Assembly (NCBI GenBank): GCA_000002445.1
Contig: CP000066.1
Span: 576,001-640,000 of the forward strand
Reading direction: 5' to 3'
DNA length: 64,000 bases
Source: Trypanosoma brucei
Taxonomy: Eukaryota
Below the pieces are notes generated by a model that worked only from the letters and a program-made list of their open reading frames with translations, made no database searches and was not told where the DNA came from. A program made the translations under genes and the position numbers. Of the stretch, positions 29,613-41,807 are shown one piece after another. Numbering within the stretch: position 1 is the stretch's first letter; every line of letters begins with the position of its first letter.

Positions 29613-30956
29613 GTGATACGGCCCTTCATGAAAATATTACGCGATGTTTACAGGCAAACCTTCCCAAAGAAATTGCGATTCGACAAGTCTTCCCGAATTC
29701 TTTACGCCCAGATATATGTGATAGCGAGGCGCCACAAGCATCGGAAATACATACCGAAGGAGGATATCGAAGACGTCCTTAACAATTACACAACGCTACC
29801 GGGATCCCCATGGTTACAGCTTCCGATAATCCGACATGTTTTGCTGATACGACAGATAAATGGGATCCGTGGCTTCTTTGGGAAACGCTCTTGGCTTCTC
29901 AACCGGGCTGTGGAAGAGGAGTTTAACAAAATTGTGCGGTGGATGAATGCGCAGGAGCAGTTAGTATTGAGGACGGGAGCGGGTAGATGCGCTGCAAATC
30001 TTGTGCTCCGAGAAAAGTTTGTAAAGGAGGTACTGGACGTTTTTCACGTAGCCACGGCTTACCAACGTATGGTGCGTGTTGGGGCCCTTTTGATTGTTAT
30101 ACTTTTACTTCTTCTTATCGTTATGGTAAATGTGGATCGTTTCGTGTACGTATACCTGGTACACTGGTCGGGCATGTGTCGCACGGAGGTGATGGAGTGG
30201 TTCCGTGAGATAACTGAGCAGCACGCCGTAGCGGAGGTGCCTCCGGCGTATCGAAGTTTGTTGCCACCTCCCTGTGTGATGCGTGTCGCTGAGGATGGCC
30301 GGGTAAAGTATGAATTAAAAATAGCTGAACTTGTTTCTAAGGATGAGAATATCATTGTTCTTGCGGTCCCCTGCCCACAGGTTGGGACAAAGTCGTTTTT
30401 TGCTGCACTGGGAAAGACGGTGGGGCTATGCGATGCTGTTCTCATGGAGGGGGTATCATTTGAGTATATTGATCGTATTGCCCCTGCATCCCTGTTTCCC
30501 CTGCGTGATGACACATTCCCCGCCCTTGGTGTGCATCATCGCTTTCTCGACATTCTTCGTGACTCGCGTGAGCCACCGTTTTTGTACCCTGCGGGCACAG
30601 AATTGAGCTGGTCGGCTTACTTGCAGCACCTTCTAATTCCATTTGAAGTCAAGTGTATTTATTGGCCCACATTCTCCTCTGCGTCAAAAGGGGAGGCGCG
30701 GGTGGGTTGGGGTCGATTGAGGGAGCTCATTGAAAAAGTAACTGTGGAACAAGAACGAGCACAATTAGGAGAGGATAAGAAAGAGCTGAAGCCGTATGTT
30801 ATTTGCTTACCGTGGACAGTGAACCAGATAGTTAATCTGGAGGCTAGCTTAGTTAAATTGGGGTTTCGCGTGAGAAGGGTGTTTCCATTGGAGTGGATCG
30901 ACCGCGACCACATGGGCGAGCATTTCTGTAATTATTACAGCCTTGTTGGGGAATGA
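29613..30956 (+). CDS. Hypothetical membrane protein, 447 aa
   Basis: One strong TM segment (ALLIVILLLLLIVMV). No confident domain. Confidence 0.55.
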   Translation: MIRPFMKILRDVYRQTFPKKLRFDKSSRILYAQIYVIARRHKHRKYIPKEDIEDVLNNYTTLPGSPWLQLPIIRHVLLIRQINGIRGFFGKRSWLLNRAVEEEFNKIVRWMNAQEQLVLRTGAGRCAANLVLREKFVKEVLDVFHVATAYQRMVRVGALLIVILLLLLIVMVNVDRFVYVYLVHWSGMCRTEVMEWFREITEQHAVAEVPPAYRSLLPPPCVMRVAEDGRVKYELKIAELVSKDENIIVLAVPCPQVGTKSFFAALGKTVGLCDAVLMEGVSFEYIDRIAPASLFPLRDDTFPALGVHHRFLDILRDSREPPFLYPAGTELSWSAYLQHLLIPFEVKCIYWPTFSSASKGEARVGWGRLRELIEKVTVEQERAQLGEDKKELKPYVICLPWTVNQIVNLEASLVKLGFRVRRVFPLEWIDRDHMGEHFCNYYSLVGE

Positions 30957-31320
30957 ATCACATCTAAACTTCTTTTTGTTAATAAGGGAAGGAAGCACAC
31001 CCTTCAAACGAGCAGAGGTCCCCGTGCATGTGTACGAGGTGCCGGTGCCGTTGTGTGCTTAGGTGTGTGTGTGTGTGTTTGAGGACATTTTTGAAGTTCT
31101 AAAGTGCGTCACTCACATCTCCCTCACTCCATTTTTGTGTTTGAATATGTTTTTTCAAACGGCTATGTTGTATTTTGTTTGTTGATTGTAGTGCATGGTC
31201 TTACCATAACCCTTTTGCCTTTAATGTTAGCCTTGTAGTGCAAAAGAATCATCGTCGGATGAGATTTGGAAAATAGAACAACAACTTCAACGTTTCTGTG
31301 GCGCTATAGTGTAGGGTCTC

Positions 31321-32244
31321 ATGCTCAGCTTTCTTTCCCCCAAACGTGCTGGCGCCATCCGAGTTTGGCGCAATGGTGCGTTTTGTGTGGGACCCAACTA
31401 TATTTTCGCAGCTTCATGTTTTCTTTCCATTATCGCTGTGTCTACTGCTTCTATCGCGCTTAACAATATGCTGATGTTACGAATTTTGTGTGGTACCTCA
31501 GCCTTTCTGTCTCTAGGATTCATGTGGCTCTGCTCCACATCAGATCCGGGAATTTGCCCATGGCGTACTCGTGAGGAAATGGAGCGCGATACAAAGAATG
31601 GGGTGTCAAAAGGAAAGGATGCGGAACTCGTTACGTTTATTAATAAAAATGGTGAGGAAGAAAGCGCCTTGCTGCGTTGCAAATGGTGCTATACCTGTAA
31701 TCAGTTTCGGCCTCTACGTGCAGTTCACTGTAGTTACTGCGGCGTTTGCATCTTACGACGCGATCATCATTGTCCTTGGGTTGGTACATGCGTAGGGGAG
31801 CGCAACTACCGCTTCTATTGGTTCTTTTTGTGGTCTGTGACCTGCCTTTCCTTAACAGTTTTAGTCAGTGGGGTTTGGGGGATCGCAATTCGGGTTGCGC
31901 GACTCTGTGGCACCGTGTTCTGCACCGAGAAGAGCATGTTTGTTTCAGCATTTGGGGAAACGCACTACATTGAACCAACAATTTCATTAGTTGCTCTCAT
32001 TTCGTGCGCTTTTGTAGCACCATTGGCGGTGTACCATGCGATGCTGGTAACAAAGAACATGACCACTGGCGAGGAACTGAACTGTGATGGCGTTTCGGTG
32101 CACTACTTCAGCCGTGGTGGGTGTGTGGCTAACGTAAAAGCCTCACTTTGTTCTCCTATCCCACCGTCGATTTTCCAGGAAGGTGTTAGCAGTTTAACGC
32201 CACTCGCTACGGCCGTCGTGATGGTTGAAGAGGCGGAGGTGTGA
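31321..32244 (+). CDS. zDHHC-type protein S-palmitoyltransferase
   Basis: CKWCYTCNQFRPLRAVHCSYCGVCILRRDHHCPWVGTCVGERNYRFYW is a canonical DHHC cysteine-rich domain. It is flanked by four TM segments. Confidence 0.9.
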   Translation: MLSFLSPKRAGAIRVWRNGAFCVGPNYIFAASCFLSIIAVSTASIALNNMLMLRILCGTSAFLSLGFMWLCSTSDPGICPWRTREEMERDTKNGVSKGKDAELVTFINKNGEEESALLRCKWCYTCNQFRPLRAVHCSYCGVCILRRDHHCPWVGTCVGERNYRFYWFFLWSVTCLSLTVLVSGVWGIAIRVARLCGTVFCTEKSMFVSAFGETHYIEPTISLVALISCAFVAPLAVYHAMLVTKNMTTGEELNCDGVSVHYFSRGGCVANVKASLCSPIPPSIFQEGVSSLTPLATAVVMVEEAEV

Positions 32245-32796
32245 TCCATTTTTTCCTTAGGCTGCCCACTAGATGTCAGACGTGTATCTACACACGTCAT
32301 ATGCCCTGCCGAAACCACTGATTTGGGCCTGCGCTTGTTTATCCGTTGAGGGCTTTGCTTCAAGAAACCCAACAGTCGACGACTTCCGTTCCTCGTAACC
32401 ATGGTTATGGACGGACCTGTCGATTTTTATTTAGTTTTGCTGGTCTTGCACACCCCTCTCTTTTCCATTTTCCGGTTTTGCCCCCCCCTCAACAACCTAT
32501 TTTTACTTTTACCTTTGATGTCACACAAACACACACACGCCTCATCTGCCTATTGAATTGGCTCTTTACATCTTTTTTCTTTCATTCCTTTCACTTGTTG
32601 TCTTTGGATTAATATTCTTGTGTATGTTACACTTTGGAGAGGTGTTTGTGATTTCAATACAACAAAAAATATATATACATATCAATAAATAAAGGAGAAC
32701 AAAGGAAGTAGAAGTGTATCACATATTTTACAGTGTGTAAGGGAACTCGGCCAAAGAGTGTTGTGGCTTTAATAACGTGGCGCACACATCTGAAAA

Positions 32797-33693
32797 ATGC
32801 AACCGGCCACTGCACCGTACCTTCTGCGCTCGTTGTACAAGGATGATCACATCATCAGCACGCATCTGAATCGGCAAATCACAAATATAGTCACTGCTCT
32901 CTTCGGCGCACACACCACCAATTGCTACGATGCGCAACTCTGTTACTTAGCAAAGGGGATTTATGTGGCGTTTGCGCTGCTGCGTGGGCAGACGTTGGGA
33001 CAAGAATTCTGTGACCTCTTACCAGTGACGGGTAGTAACCCACCTCGGCTGGTCGGCATGCGGAGAAAGCTGCTTCTCGCAACATTTCTCGCTTTGGAAC
33101 CAGCGGTAGTTTTTCAATTTGCAGTGCGTTTATTCCCCCGGCTCCCACCACACGATGTCGTATCGAATGTGAGCAAATGTACTTTGATGATGTTGATGCT
33201 GCTTGAAACATACGGTACTCTTGCCCACCGTTTCCTCAGAGTGCGTTATCTCAGCCTTGTGCCTTCGGGTGCCCTTCAAAATGGTGAAGGTGCCCCCCGT
33301 ACATATCTTAAACTAGGATTTGTGTTAATGCTCGAGCTGTTGATTCGGCTCTGGCGGGCTGTGGCAGAATGGCGGGGGAATCGTGGCGCGGGTGAACAAA
33401 ATGAGCAGGGCGGAGCTGCAGGTCGCGGAGAGGATGATTCAGACACGGCGGATGAGCATGCGTCAGTGTCTGGTAAATGCATGCTTTGTCTTGGGAACCG
33501 TAAGCAGCCCACGGCAACTCTCTGCGGCCATATTTTCTGCTGGCGCTGCCTTTCAGAGTGGATTAAGTCGAACACACAGGGAGCCATTTGTCCTTTTTGC
33601 AGACGGCGAATAACAGTAAACTCGTTAGTCCCGCTCTATTTCTATGTGGCGAAGGAGCCCCCGGTTGCGGATGGCGACAGCGGTGCGTCGTAG
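32797..33693 (+). CDS. PEX10: Peroxin 10 (PEX10), RING-finger peroxisomal/glycosomal import ubiquitin ligase
   Basis: Contains the PEX10-signature TLGEEY-like motif (QTLGQEF). RING CMLCLGNRKQPTATLCGHIFCWRCLSEW...CPFCRRRI parallels human PEX10 [28 protein letters not shown]...CPLCREKF. Confidence 0.85.
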   Translation: MQPATAPYLLRSLYKDDHIISTHLNRQITNIVTALFGAHTTNCYDAQLCYLAKGIYVAFALLRGQTLGQEFCDLLPVTGSNPPRLVGMRRKLLLATFLALEPAVVFQFAVRLFPRLPPHDVVSNVSKCTLMMLMLLETYGTLAHRFLRVRYLSLVPSGALQNGEGAPRTYLKLGFVLMLELLIRLWRAVAEWRGNRGAGEQNEQGGAAGRGEDDSDTADEHASVSGKCMLCLGNRKQPTATLCGHIFCWRCLSEWIKSNTQGAICPFCRRRITVNSLVPLYFYVAKEPPVADGDSGAS

Positions 33694-33766
33694 ACTGACG
33701 GCAGAGGAGGAAGAAGTGGCAGGTGCAGTTGGTACGCAAGGTTCCACCTCCGCGTCTTTTCCCTGC

Positions 33767-33808
<42 letters not shown>

Positions 33809-33820
33809 GTGTGTGTGTGT
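33767..33820. repeat. Compound microsatellite (AT)13(GT)12
   Basis: Read directly: atatat... followed by gtgtgt... in the spacer after PEX10. Confidence 0.95.
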
Positions 33821-34096
33821 ATCCCTCACTTCCATCCCTTTGTTTGTCGGTTACAGTAATTGACCGTACATTTCTCACACGGCGTACACGTTCTTTGTAT
33901 GTGTATGTACGGGATTGTCACTTGTTCCTTTCCAAACTGAATACAGTACCGATTGTCATAAGCTCCCTTGCTCTTTACTTTCCTTTGTGCCTTATCAATT
34001 CACCCGCGTGATAACAATTACAATAATATTAAGTAAGAAAAAGAAAAGCGTGTGTAAAAACTTTTTTTTTCGTTGCCAGTTTCGTAGCATTCGAAT

Positions 34097-34492
34097 TTGT
34101 TCAAAGCTCAAATGGCTGGTGCAAAGGAAGTGCAGTCCGTGCACCCTTTCACACGGTGGGTTGCGGGGCTCTCATCACCCATGTCTTTAACAGATCAGCG
34201 TGCTGCGGCAACGAGGATCAGCCACCTTATGCTCACTACCGTTTTTGTCGCGACAGTGTGCGGTTACTTCGTTGGAAACGTTCACACGGCATTTTTTGCT
34301 GTAGCGGCGGCGTGCGGAGTGTCGCTTATTGTCTGGGGCCCAAATTGGTACCAAAACGAAGATCCGGATCAGCGGTGGTGCGATGAAAACGAAGTGAAGA
34401 AATATTACGAAACGCTGGAACAATTGCGTGACGAGGCGAAGCAGAAAATAATTGACGAGTTCGAGTCAAAAGGAGAGAAAAAGCGAAATTGA
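34097..34492 (+). CDS. Small two-TM protein, possible signal peptidase complex subunit 1 (SPCS1/SPC12)-like
   Basis: 131 aa with two adjacent TM helices followed by WGPNWY. The layout and motif (D-x-[KR]-x-A...GY[FI]xG...W-P) are reminiscent of SPC12. This is a weak assignment. Confidence 0.4.
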   Translation: MFKAQMAGAKEVQSVHPFTRWVAGLSSPMSLTDQRAAATRISHLMLTTVFVATVCGYFVGNVHTAFFAVAAACGVSLIVWGPNWYQNEDPDQRWCDENEVKKYYETLEQLRDEAKQKIIDEFESKGEKKRN

Positions 34493-34861
34493 AGGAGGGA
34501 CCTTGGCGTTATGCGAACCCACGACTTATGCATGGAAACGAGCTGTAAGTGAGGTTGTAAAGATGATGCTTTCATTTTATCTAATGAGTGAACTTGCCCG
34601 TGCGCTAAGCTTCCCTATTGTCATTATTATTATTATTATTAGATTCCGCCCCTTCATCCCCACGCCTTTCTTTGGAGGAAGGGGGAAGGGTGCCACGCAA
34701 CTAAAGGCTCCTCTTTCTTCTCTGTTCCTTCCTTTTCTTTGCTTTACGCTACCCTTCGGTCCCTTATTTTTTTCAACTTCTCATCGTGGTCCAAGCAGCG
34801 ATATAGTTGGAGCGGACCAGCTGAGATTCAAAAAGGAAAAAAGAGAGAGGGAAGTGAGTTC

Positions 34862-37624
34862 ATGAAACGATGCAACAGTGAGTCTGAAACTGAGTTCGAT
34901 TCTTTAAAGAGTGAGAACCCGCTCCTTCATTCACCGTCTCTGAAGAGCTGGAACATAATGAAAAACACTCCCGTTGTGCCTCCTTTTTCCTCTGCCATGA
35001 CTATGGCAATGAAGGAACATTGCGGTGCCTCAACCGCAACCTCTGCAGCCAATGAACGGCAATATAAGGAACTAAACGTAGATTTCAACGATAAGTATTT
35101 CGGGGAAGTGACTCGTTCAGGTTCCATTGAGGTGCCTCATGGAAACGGGAGGCTGTTTTCGGGGGAGGGGAAACATTTTTATGAAGGTGGTTTCGTTAAC
35201 CGCTGCCGTGACGGGTACGGTGTGCTGAATACGGAGCGATATGCATTATGGTGTAAGTGGAAAATGAACCGTCCCGACCTCACGAGTCAGTCCCGTGTTG
35301 ATTACCGTGATGGCACAAGGTACAACGGTTTTTTGTCCGCTCATCAAAATAACAGTGCGGCCGCAAATATTCCCTCCTCCTTGCGGTGCCGTTTGTCGAA
35401 GTTTTCCATTTGGGTTCACAGCCTGACTTTAGTGCGTGAACGTTGGGGAGAAATTGTCCATAGCGGGGGTGACCGTTACTTTGGTCAATGGGACAACGAC
35501 ATGCCGTCGGGTTTCGGTTGTTATGTGACAAAATATGGCGACCGCTATATTGGATTGTTTCAACGAGGTAGGTTCCATGACACTGGCACGCTTTTTGTGC
35601 ACGCATGCAGGTGGGGAAATAGGGCTAGTAAAATTCCCGATGGTGTGGGCTTTTTGTATCAGCAGGAACAGGTGGAAAATCAACACGTCGAGGCTGCGGA
35701 GGCGGCTAAACAGAGAATAGAGGATCGTTTTAAAAATACTTTCACCGAATCCTGCGGTTGTAGCGGCGCGGACTATGAAATAAGTGGTCACAAGCGCCAG
35801 GGACCACCACGGGGTTGGGATGGCGTTATATTTGACGGTGTGTGGGAAATGGGCCGTTTCCTGGGCGAGGGACATGTGACGCTTCCATGTGGATCTCGCA
35901 TAACAGCTGAGTGGAAGAATCTATTCTCCCCCACGCAAGGGCGTGTGTTCATGGCATCCTCCAACGACAATAAAGCGAGTGGTCGGCAAGATATGGATAC
36001 GCGCGGTTGGTTCCAATGCTTTCATTGGGAATCGCTGCTCTCAGGACTCACTGACGAGTCAAAGGAGCAGAAATATGCCGCGTGTGCTTCTTTCCGTGAG
36101 CGACTGGGTCTCGCAACCACGGAAGAGGAGGAGCAGGTGGTTCTTGCCGACTTCTGCAGCAATGAGGATGCAATAAGAAACGCCCTAAAAGTTTTTCAAC
36201 GTTGCTTTTACTTTCTTCATGGGTCGTGTGGGAGCAGCAGTGAAATAGGATCTGGCTGGGGGTCGAACCCACTCGGTTGGTGTTATGTACGTAACTCATA
36301 CGGCGGCTGTATCCACAACATAAAGGGGCGACGGATAACGGCATGTGATGTGGACCTTGCGCTTACCGACATTATTTCATTTGTCCGCTCAACAGAGCGG
36401 TGGGTAGTGGAAATGTTAGGCGACTCTTCATTGTCGAGTCCAAGTTCGCATTTATTCGTCATGCGGAAGCTACTTGACTTAACGCTTCGCAGCGTCTACA
36501 ATGTGCTGTTCAACCTTTATGTTCATGCGTATGATGTGGAGGACATTGCGCTTACTCAGGCGTTGGAAAGAGTGCGTGAACATACCACACTTGACGACCT
36601 CGGAGTGAGTTTCGCGCGGCAGCAAAGTTCGGAAGAGCTCTTCGACCCGTACGCCGACGCTGTCAACCGGATTGAGCGTCTAGCCCGTGGTGTGTGGACG
36701 TATGGAAGCAAACTCAAGATTCTTGCACAGTGGTCTATGGAAATTGACCTTTCCACACGTCTGGCACGTGTAACTCTTGATGATGGGCCTCTGGCACTGT
36801 TGCCCAAAAGGAATGCGCAACCAGCGTCTGGCTCCGCTGACGATCTTATTCCCATTCACCAATTTGTGTTGATGAAAGCAAAAGTGGACCACTTATACGT
36901 GCACACGAAGTTGCTGGTGGACCTTAGTAGTGAGGACGTGTTCATGGAGTTTACGTCGCAGGAGAACTTCTTTGTTATCACGTTTCAGGCATGTACCATG
37001 ATATTATCGAAGTTTCACCCCCTGCTTCGTGATGAGTCACATGTGTTAGCACCACCTTCTCTGTTTGAGGAACGGCTGCGTTCTGGCGTGCATTCTATTA
37101 GACGACTAGCCGAAACATTTATTGCTCAGCTGTTGAAGTCGCATGGTGTATTTGAGGGGGAGGAATCGCGGGAATTCTCTGCTGAGGAATTTGGGGCTGT
37201 GGCTCTTGGCTACATCAAGGCGTGGTTAGCTGAAGCCGTTGACATGGCAGCGACGCACGGGGGCACCGCAGTTGCCAGTGGAAGTGATCAAATCCTTCCC
37301 GTAGCTGAATTATTGCAAATGGAGGAGACTCGTCAGTTGGCCCTTCTGAGCGAGCCGAACTTTCCGCGAGTGTTGGCACTTTTCTGTTGGCTTGCAGTTG
37401 CAAACGTCCTCTCGGTGCTTCACATTCACCTTGGTGTAATGGCGGCAAATGGTGATGACTTGCTAAATGTCGATACCGACCCGGCTAAGCTTCTAGACGA
37501 CTATGTTGCATGGCGCAACGTATGTGGTGGAGATGTTTCATCCCTCGTATTGCTCTTGGGCAAAGGTGCACCACGGCCTCTTTTCCTACGGCGAGCTGCG
37601 GCATTTATTGCATCTATTTTATAA
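34862..37624 (+). CDS. MORN-repeat and VPS9-domain protein (alsin/ALS2-like putative Rab5 GEF)
   Basis: Several Y-x-G-x-[WF]-x-x-G-x-x-x-G MORN units lie between about 35090 and 35600. The VPS9 catalytic-core signature ADDLIPIHQFVLMKAKVDHLYVHTKLL is at about 36839-36916. The ORF-track start (34739) lies in a pyrimidine tract, so ATG 34862 is chosen. Confidence 0.7.
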   Translation: MKRCNSESETEFDSLKSENPLLHSPSLKSWNIMKNTPVVPPFSSAMTMAMKEHCGASTATSAANERQYKELNVDFNDKYFGEVTRSGSIEVPHGNGRLFSGEGKHFYEGGFVNRCRDGYGVLNTERYALWCKWKMNRPDLTSQSRVDYRDGTRYNGFLSAHQNNSAAANIPSSLRCRLSKFSIWVHSLTLVRERWGEIVHSGGDRYFGQWDNDMPSGFGCYVTKYGDRYIGLFQRGRFHDTGTLFVHACRWGNRASKIPDGVGFLYQQEQVENQHVEAAEAAKQRIEDRFKNTFTESCGCSGADYEISGHKRQGPPRGWDGVIFDGVWEMGRFLGEGHVTLPCGSRITAEWKNLFSPTQGRVFMASSNDNKASGRQDMDTRGWFQCFHWESLLSGLTDESKEQKYAACASFRERLGLATTEEEEQVVLADFCSNEDAIRNALKVFQRCFYFLHGSCGSSSEIGSGWGSNPLGWCYVRNSYGGCIHNIKGRRITACDVDLALTDIISFVRSTERWVVEMLGDSSLSSPSSHLFVMRKLLDLTLRSVYNVLFNLYVHAYDVEDIALTQALERVREHTTLDDLGVSFARQQSSEELFDPYADAVNRIERLARGVWTYGSKLKILAQWSMEIDLSTRLARVTLDDGPLALLPKRNAQPASGSADDLIPIHQFVLMKAKVDHLYVHTKLLVDLSSEDVFMEFTSQENFFVITFQACTMILSKFHPLLRDESHVLAPPSLFEERLRSGVHSIRRLAETFIAQLLKSHGVFEGEESREFSAEEFGAVALGYIKAWLAEAVDMAATHGGTAVASGSDQILPVAELLQMEETRQLALLSEPNFPRVLALFCWLAVANVLSVLHIHLGVMAANGDDLLNVDTDPAKLLDDYVAWRNVCGGDVSSLVLLLGKGAPRPLFLRRAAAFIASIL

Positions 37625-38433
37625 GTTGAAGACGCGTATGTGTGTGATGCCGGCAACATTTGAATCCTGGGCAAGAGGGTGGGTGTGGGAGGGGGGGATG
37701 GGCTTTTCAGCATGGTGCTTAACGTGTCGACAAAAAATTTGAAAAAAAAAGAGGCAAATGTGCGTTGCTGGGCTGCTACGCTGGTTGCAGTTGCCTTCTC
37801 TATTTTTCGCCTACGGTTGCTTACTTTTCGGATAACAATCACATTCCAAAACATGTGGTTCACAATCGCCACACAAATCTCTCTTTATGTTTTTTGCTTT
37901 TACTTTTTCTCTCAGTGTTTTTTTTTTCAGGGTAGTGGCGTGAATACGCTTGAAAAAAAAAAGGAGGAGGGTGTGCGGTTTTACGGTTCAATCGCTCAAT
38001 CCCTTGTTGTTTTTTGCATTCATTCATTTATTATTATTATTTTTTTTTTTTTTTGCAGTCACTGCCTGAAAAGGGGTATATGCTGCTTTCTTTGTTAACT
38101 GAGTGGAATTGGTTTGTTTCCTCCTTCATTTGCTTCCTTTTCTTTCCATCTTTCCATCTACATTTCTCATTCCAAGTGCTCTGCCGGCAAACACCCGGTG
38201 CTGAGCAAGAAAAAAATAATAAAGTAAAAAAAGGAAACATAAAACAAGGGTGCAGAGCAACCGTGTGTGTCTGTGTGTGTGAGCCGTCGGTTACAACAAC
38301 CGTTAATACTTTGCTGCCTTCGTATTTGTTTGTGCAGCGAAGCAAATAATAAAAATAATAATAAGCGTAGAGGACGAACAGTGTGTAGTGCATAATATAT
38401 ATATATATATATTAAACGTGTTGGGAAGAATAA

Positions 38434-39702
<1,269 letters not shown>

Positions 39703-41807
39703 GGTGTCAAATATGCCCTCCTTTTCAGCATTGTTGGTAATGAAAGGGTGCAGTAAAGAAAAAAAAACGAAATAAAATCAAACAAAAACTAAAAAAATAA
39801 AAAAGGCAAACGTAACACAAGAAGAGGAAAATAAAACAAGAGGGTAATGAAAGAAAACAAAAGAGAGTTTGGGATGAAATGAGTGTGGATGAACGTTGTG
39901 ACGAAAGAAGAGCATGAAAAGGGGAAATTAAGAGTAAGTAAAGTGTAAGTGTTTGTAGGAAGAAAAAAGGGGGTGCGTTAGGAGCTGGTGTAGATATGTG
40001 ATGTTTGTGTTTGTGGCGTGAAATACAGGACTGATACTTTTTTTTTACTTTTTTTGATCTCTCTCTTTGTGTTTGTGTGTGTGTGTGTATGGTTTTTTTT
40101 TTCTTCCTTCTTGTGTGGTGTGTGTTATAACTGTTGCGTTTGTCCTTGCTTGTGTATTTACCATTTCATGTGCATTTTCCACCCACCCCCTCATTTATTC
40201 CTGATATATTTCCCTTATCTACTTTTTCGATTCCGTTCCTGCCACCACGTCACGTTACCGCCATCCAACCAACCACTTTTTCAATTTTTCGTGTGTTTTA
40301 TATGAATTAAATGCATGTAGGCTTTCATGTGCAGTAATTCCTCTTGTCATTAAACGACAACACACGGAGCCACGGACGCGTAACATTTCGTTTTTTTTTT
40401 CTTGTTCTTATTGTTTGGAGGAGAGTTTCATCATTTATTGACTCTTTTCATAATTCCCTTGCAATATGAATGTATGTATTTATATATATAATATATATGT
40501 TTACTTGTGTTTCTGTGTGGGTATGTTTTTTTCCTTCTTTCTTGGAGCTTCAGATGTGATGATGCTAATGATCATGGTCAGCACAATTATAAGTGTTGCT
40601 ATTTTCTATTTTTTTTTCTTTCATTTGATTTTTCTCCAACATTTTTTTCTTTTTATTTAACTATTCCGTGCGGCGCGTCGATATGCCTTGAGTAATTAAC
40701 TGATTGGCTCCCTGTGTTTTATTTTGTTTGCTTGGATGTGTGGAAGAGCGATGGCAGCAGCAGAAGCAGGAAATAAAAGAAAGAGGAAGTAAAAAAACAA
40801 AAAGGAGGCAATGGGAGAGAAAGTATATTATAACAGCAGCAACAAAATGAAAAAAAAAAAGAAGGTATATATATACATTGATTAAACAGAAATTCAGGAC
40901 AAAACAAACGAAAATAAAATAAAACAGATATCTCTTCACTGGCTCACCACTTCGTTTGTTATTTTACCAACAAATCCCGCTGGGCGTGTGACATGTGCAG
41001 TTATCCTTACGTCTGTGAAACCGTTATATTACCACTACTACTCTTCTTGCTCTTGTGTTTCTTGTTTCTTTTTAATGTTTTTTTTTCCTCTTTCACTTCA
41101 CTTCACTTGCATGGCACTGCAGCGAACATTAGACTTTTTTTTTGTTTTCTTCCCTTGTTGGCGTTTTTGGCGTTGCTGTTTTCTTTTCTTTTTTTGAGGG
41201 GGGTGGGGGTATTATTATTGTTATTATTATTACTATCATTATTTATTCACTGCTATTTGCGTTTCTCCCGGTCAGACCGATTGAGATGCTCATATATCTT
41301 CCTTTTGATTGTTTTCATTTCCTTTTTGTTGATGATGATGATGATGATGTTTTTGATTTGTTTTGTTTTGTTTTGTTTTGTTTTGTGCCCACCAGCACCT
41401 CACTGTCAGTTGTTCACACTTTTCCGCTACCTTTTTTTTTTTGCCGTGCAGGTCTCCAATAATATAAAGAAATATATACGTTTGTACTGAACAAATGATG
41501 ACCTCTTGCATTGGGAAATGAGTGAAAATGCACCGGGTTGTAACGCAAACGCAGCGATGTCCTCGTCCGTTACCTACTCTTTTTTTTTTTTCGTTTCTTC
41601 ATCACTTTTGTTTTTCTTCCTTCCTCTTGTGTCAGTTTCCTCCCTTCCTGTATCGCAAAGTGAAGGCTTTTTCCCCCTTTTTTGTTTGGTTTGGTTTCCT
41701 TCGCTTTCACCCCAACCACTGTGTTAGTTACAAACTGTAAAGTTACGCAAAGAAGTACACACATATATATATATACGCGCATAGTGACGGTTTTGAAGCG
41801 TAAAGAA
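39703..41807 (+). other. 2.1-kb low-complexity inter-CDS region (probable long 3'UTR and processing region)
   Basis: Strongly strand-biased pyrimidine and A-rich simple sequence. Contains (GT)n at 40070-40095, (GAT)7 at 41330-41350 and (TTTTG)5 at 41360-41385. ORF-track entries here are compositional artefacts. Confidence 0.7.

Noticed and set aside
40018-41490. Multiple 60-165-aa ORFs in the 2-kb spacer after the kinase gene
   Set aside because: They are Phe/Leu/Cys/Val-rich translations of pyrimidine and microsatellite sequence, with no codon-usage signal.
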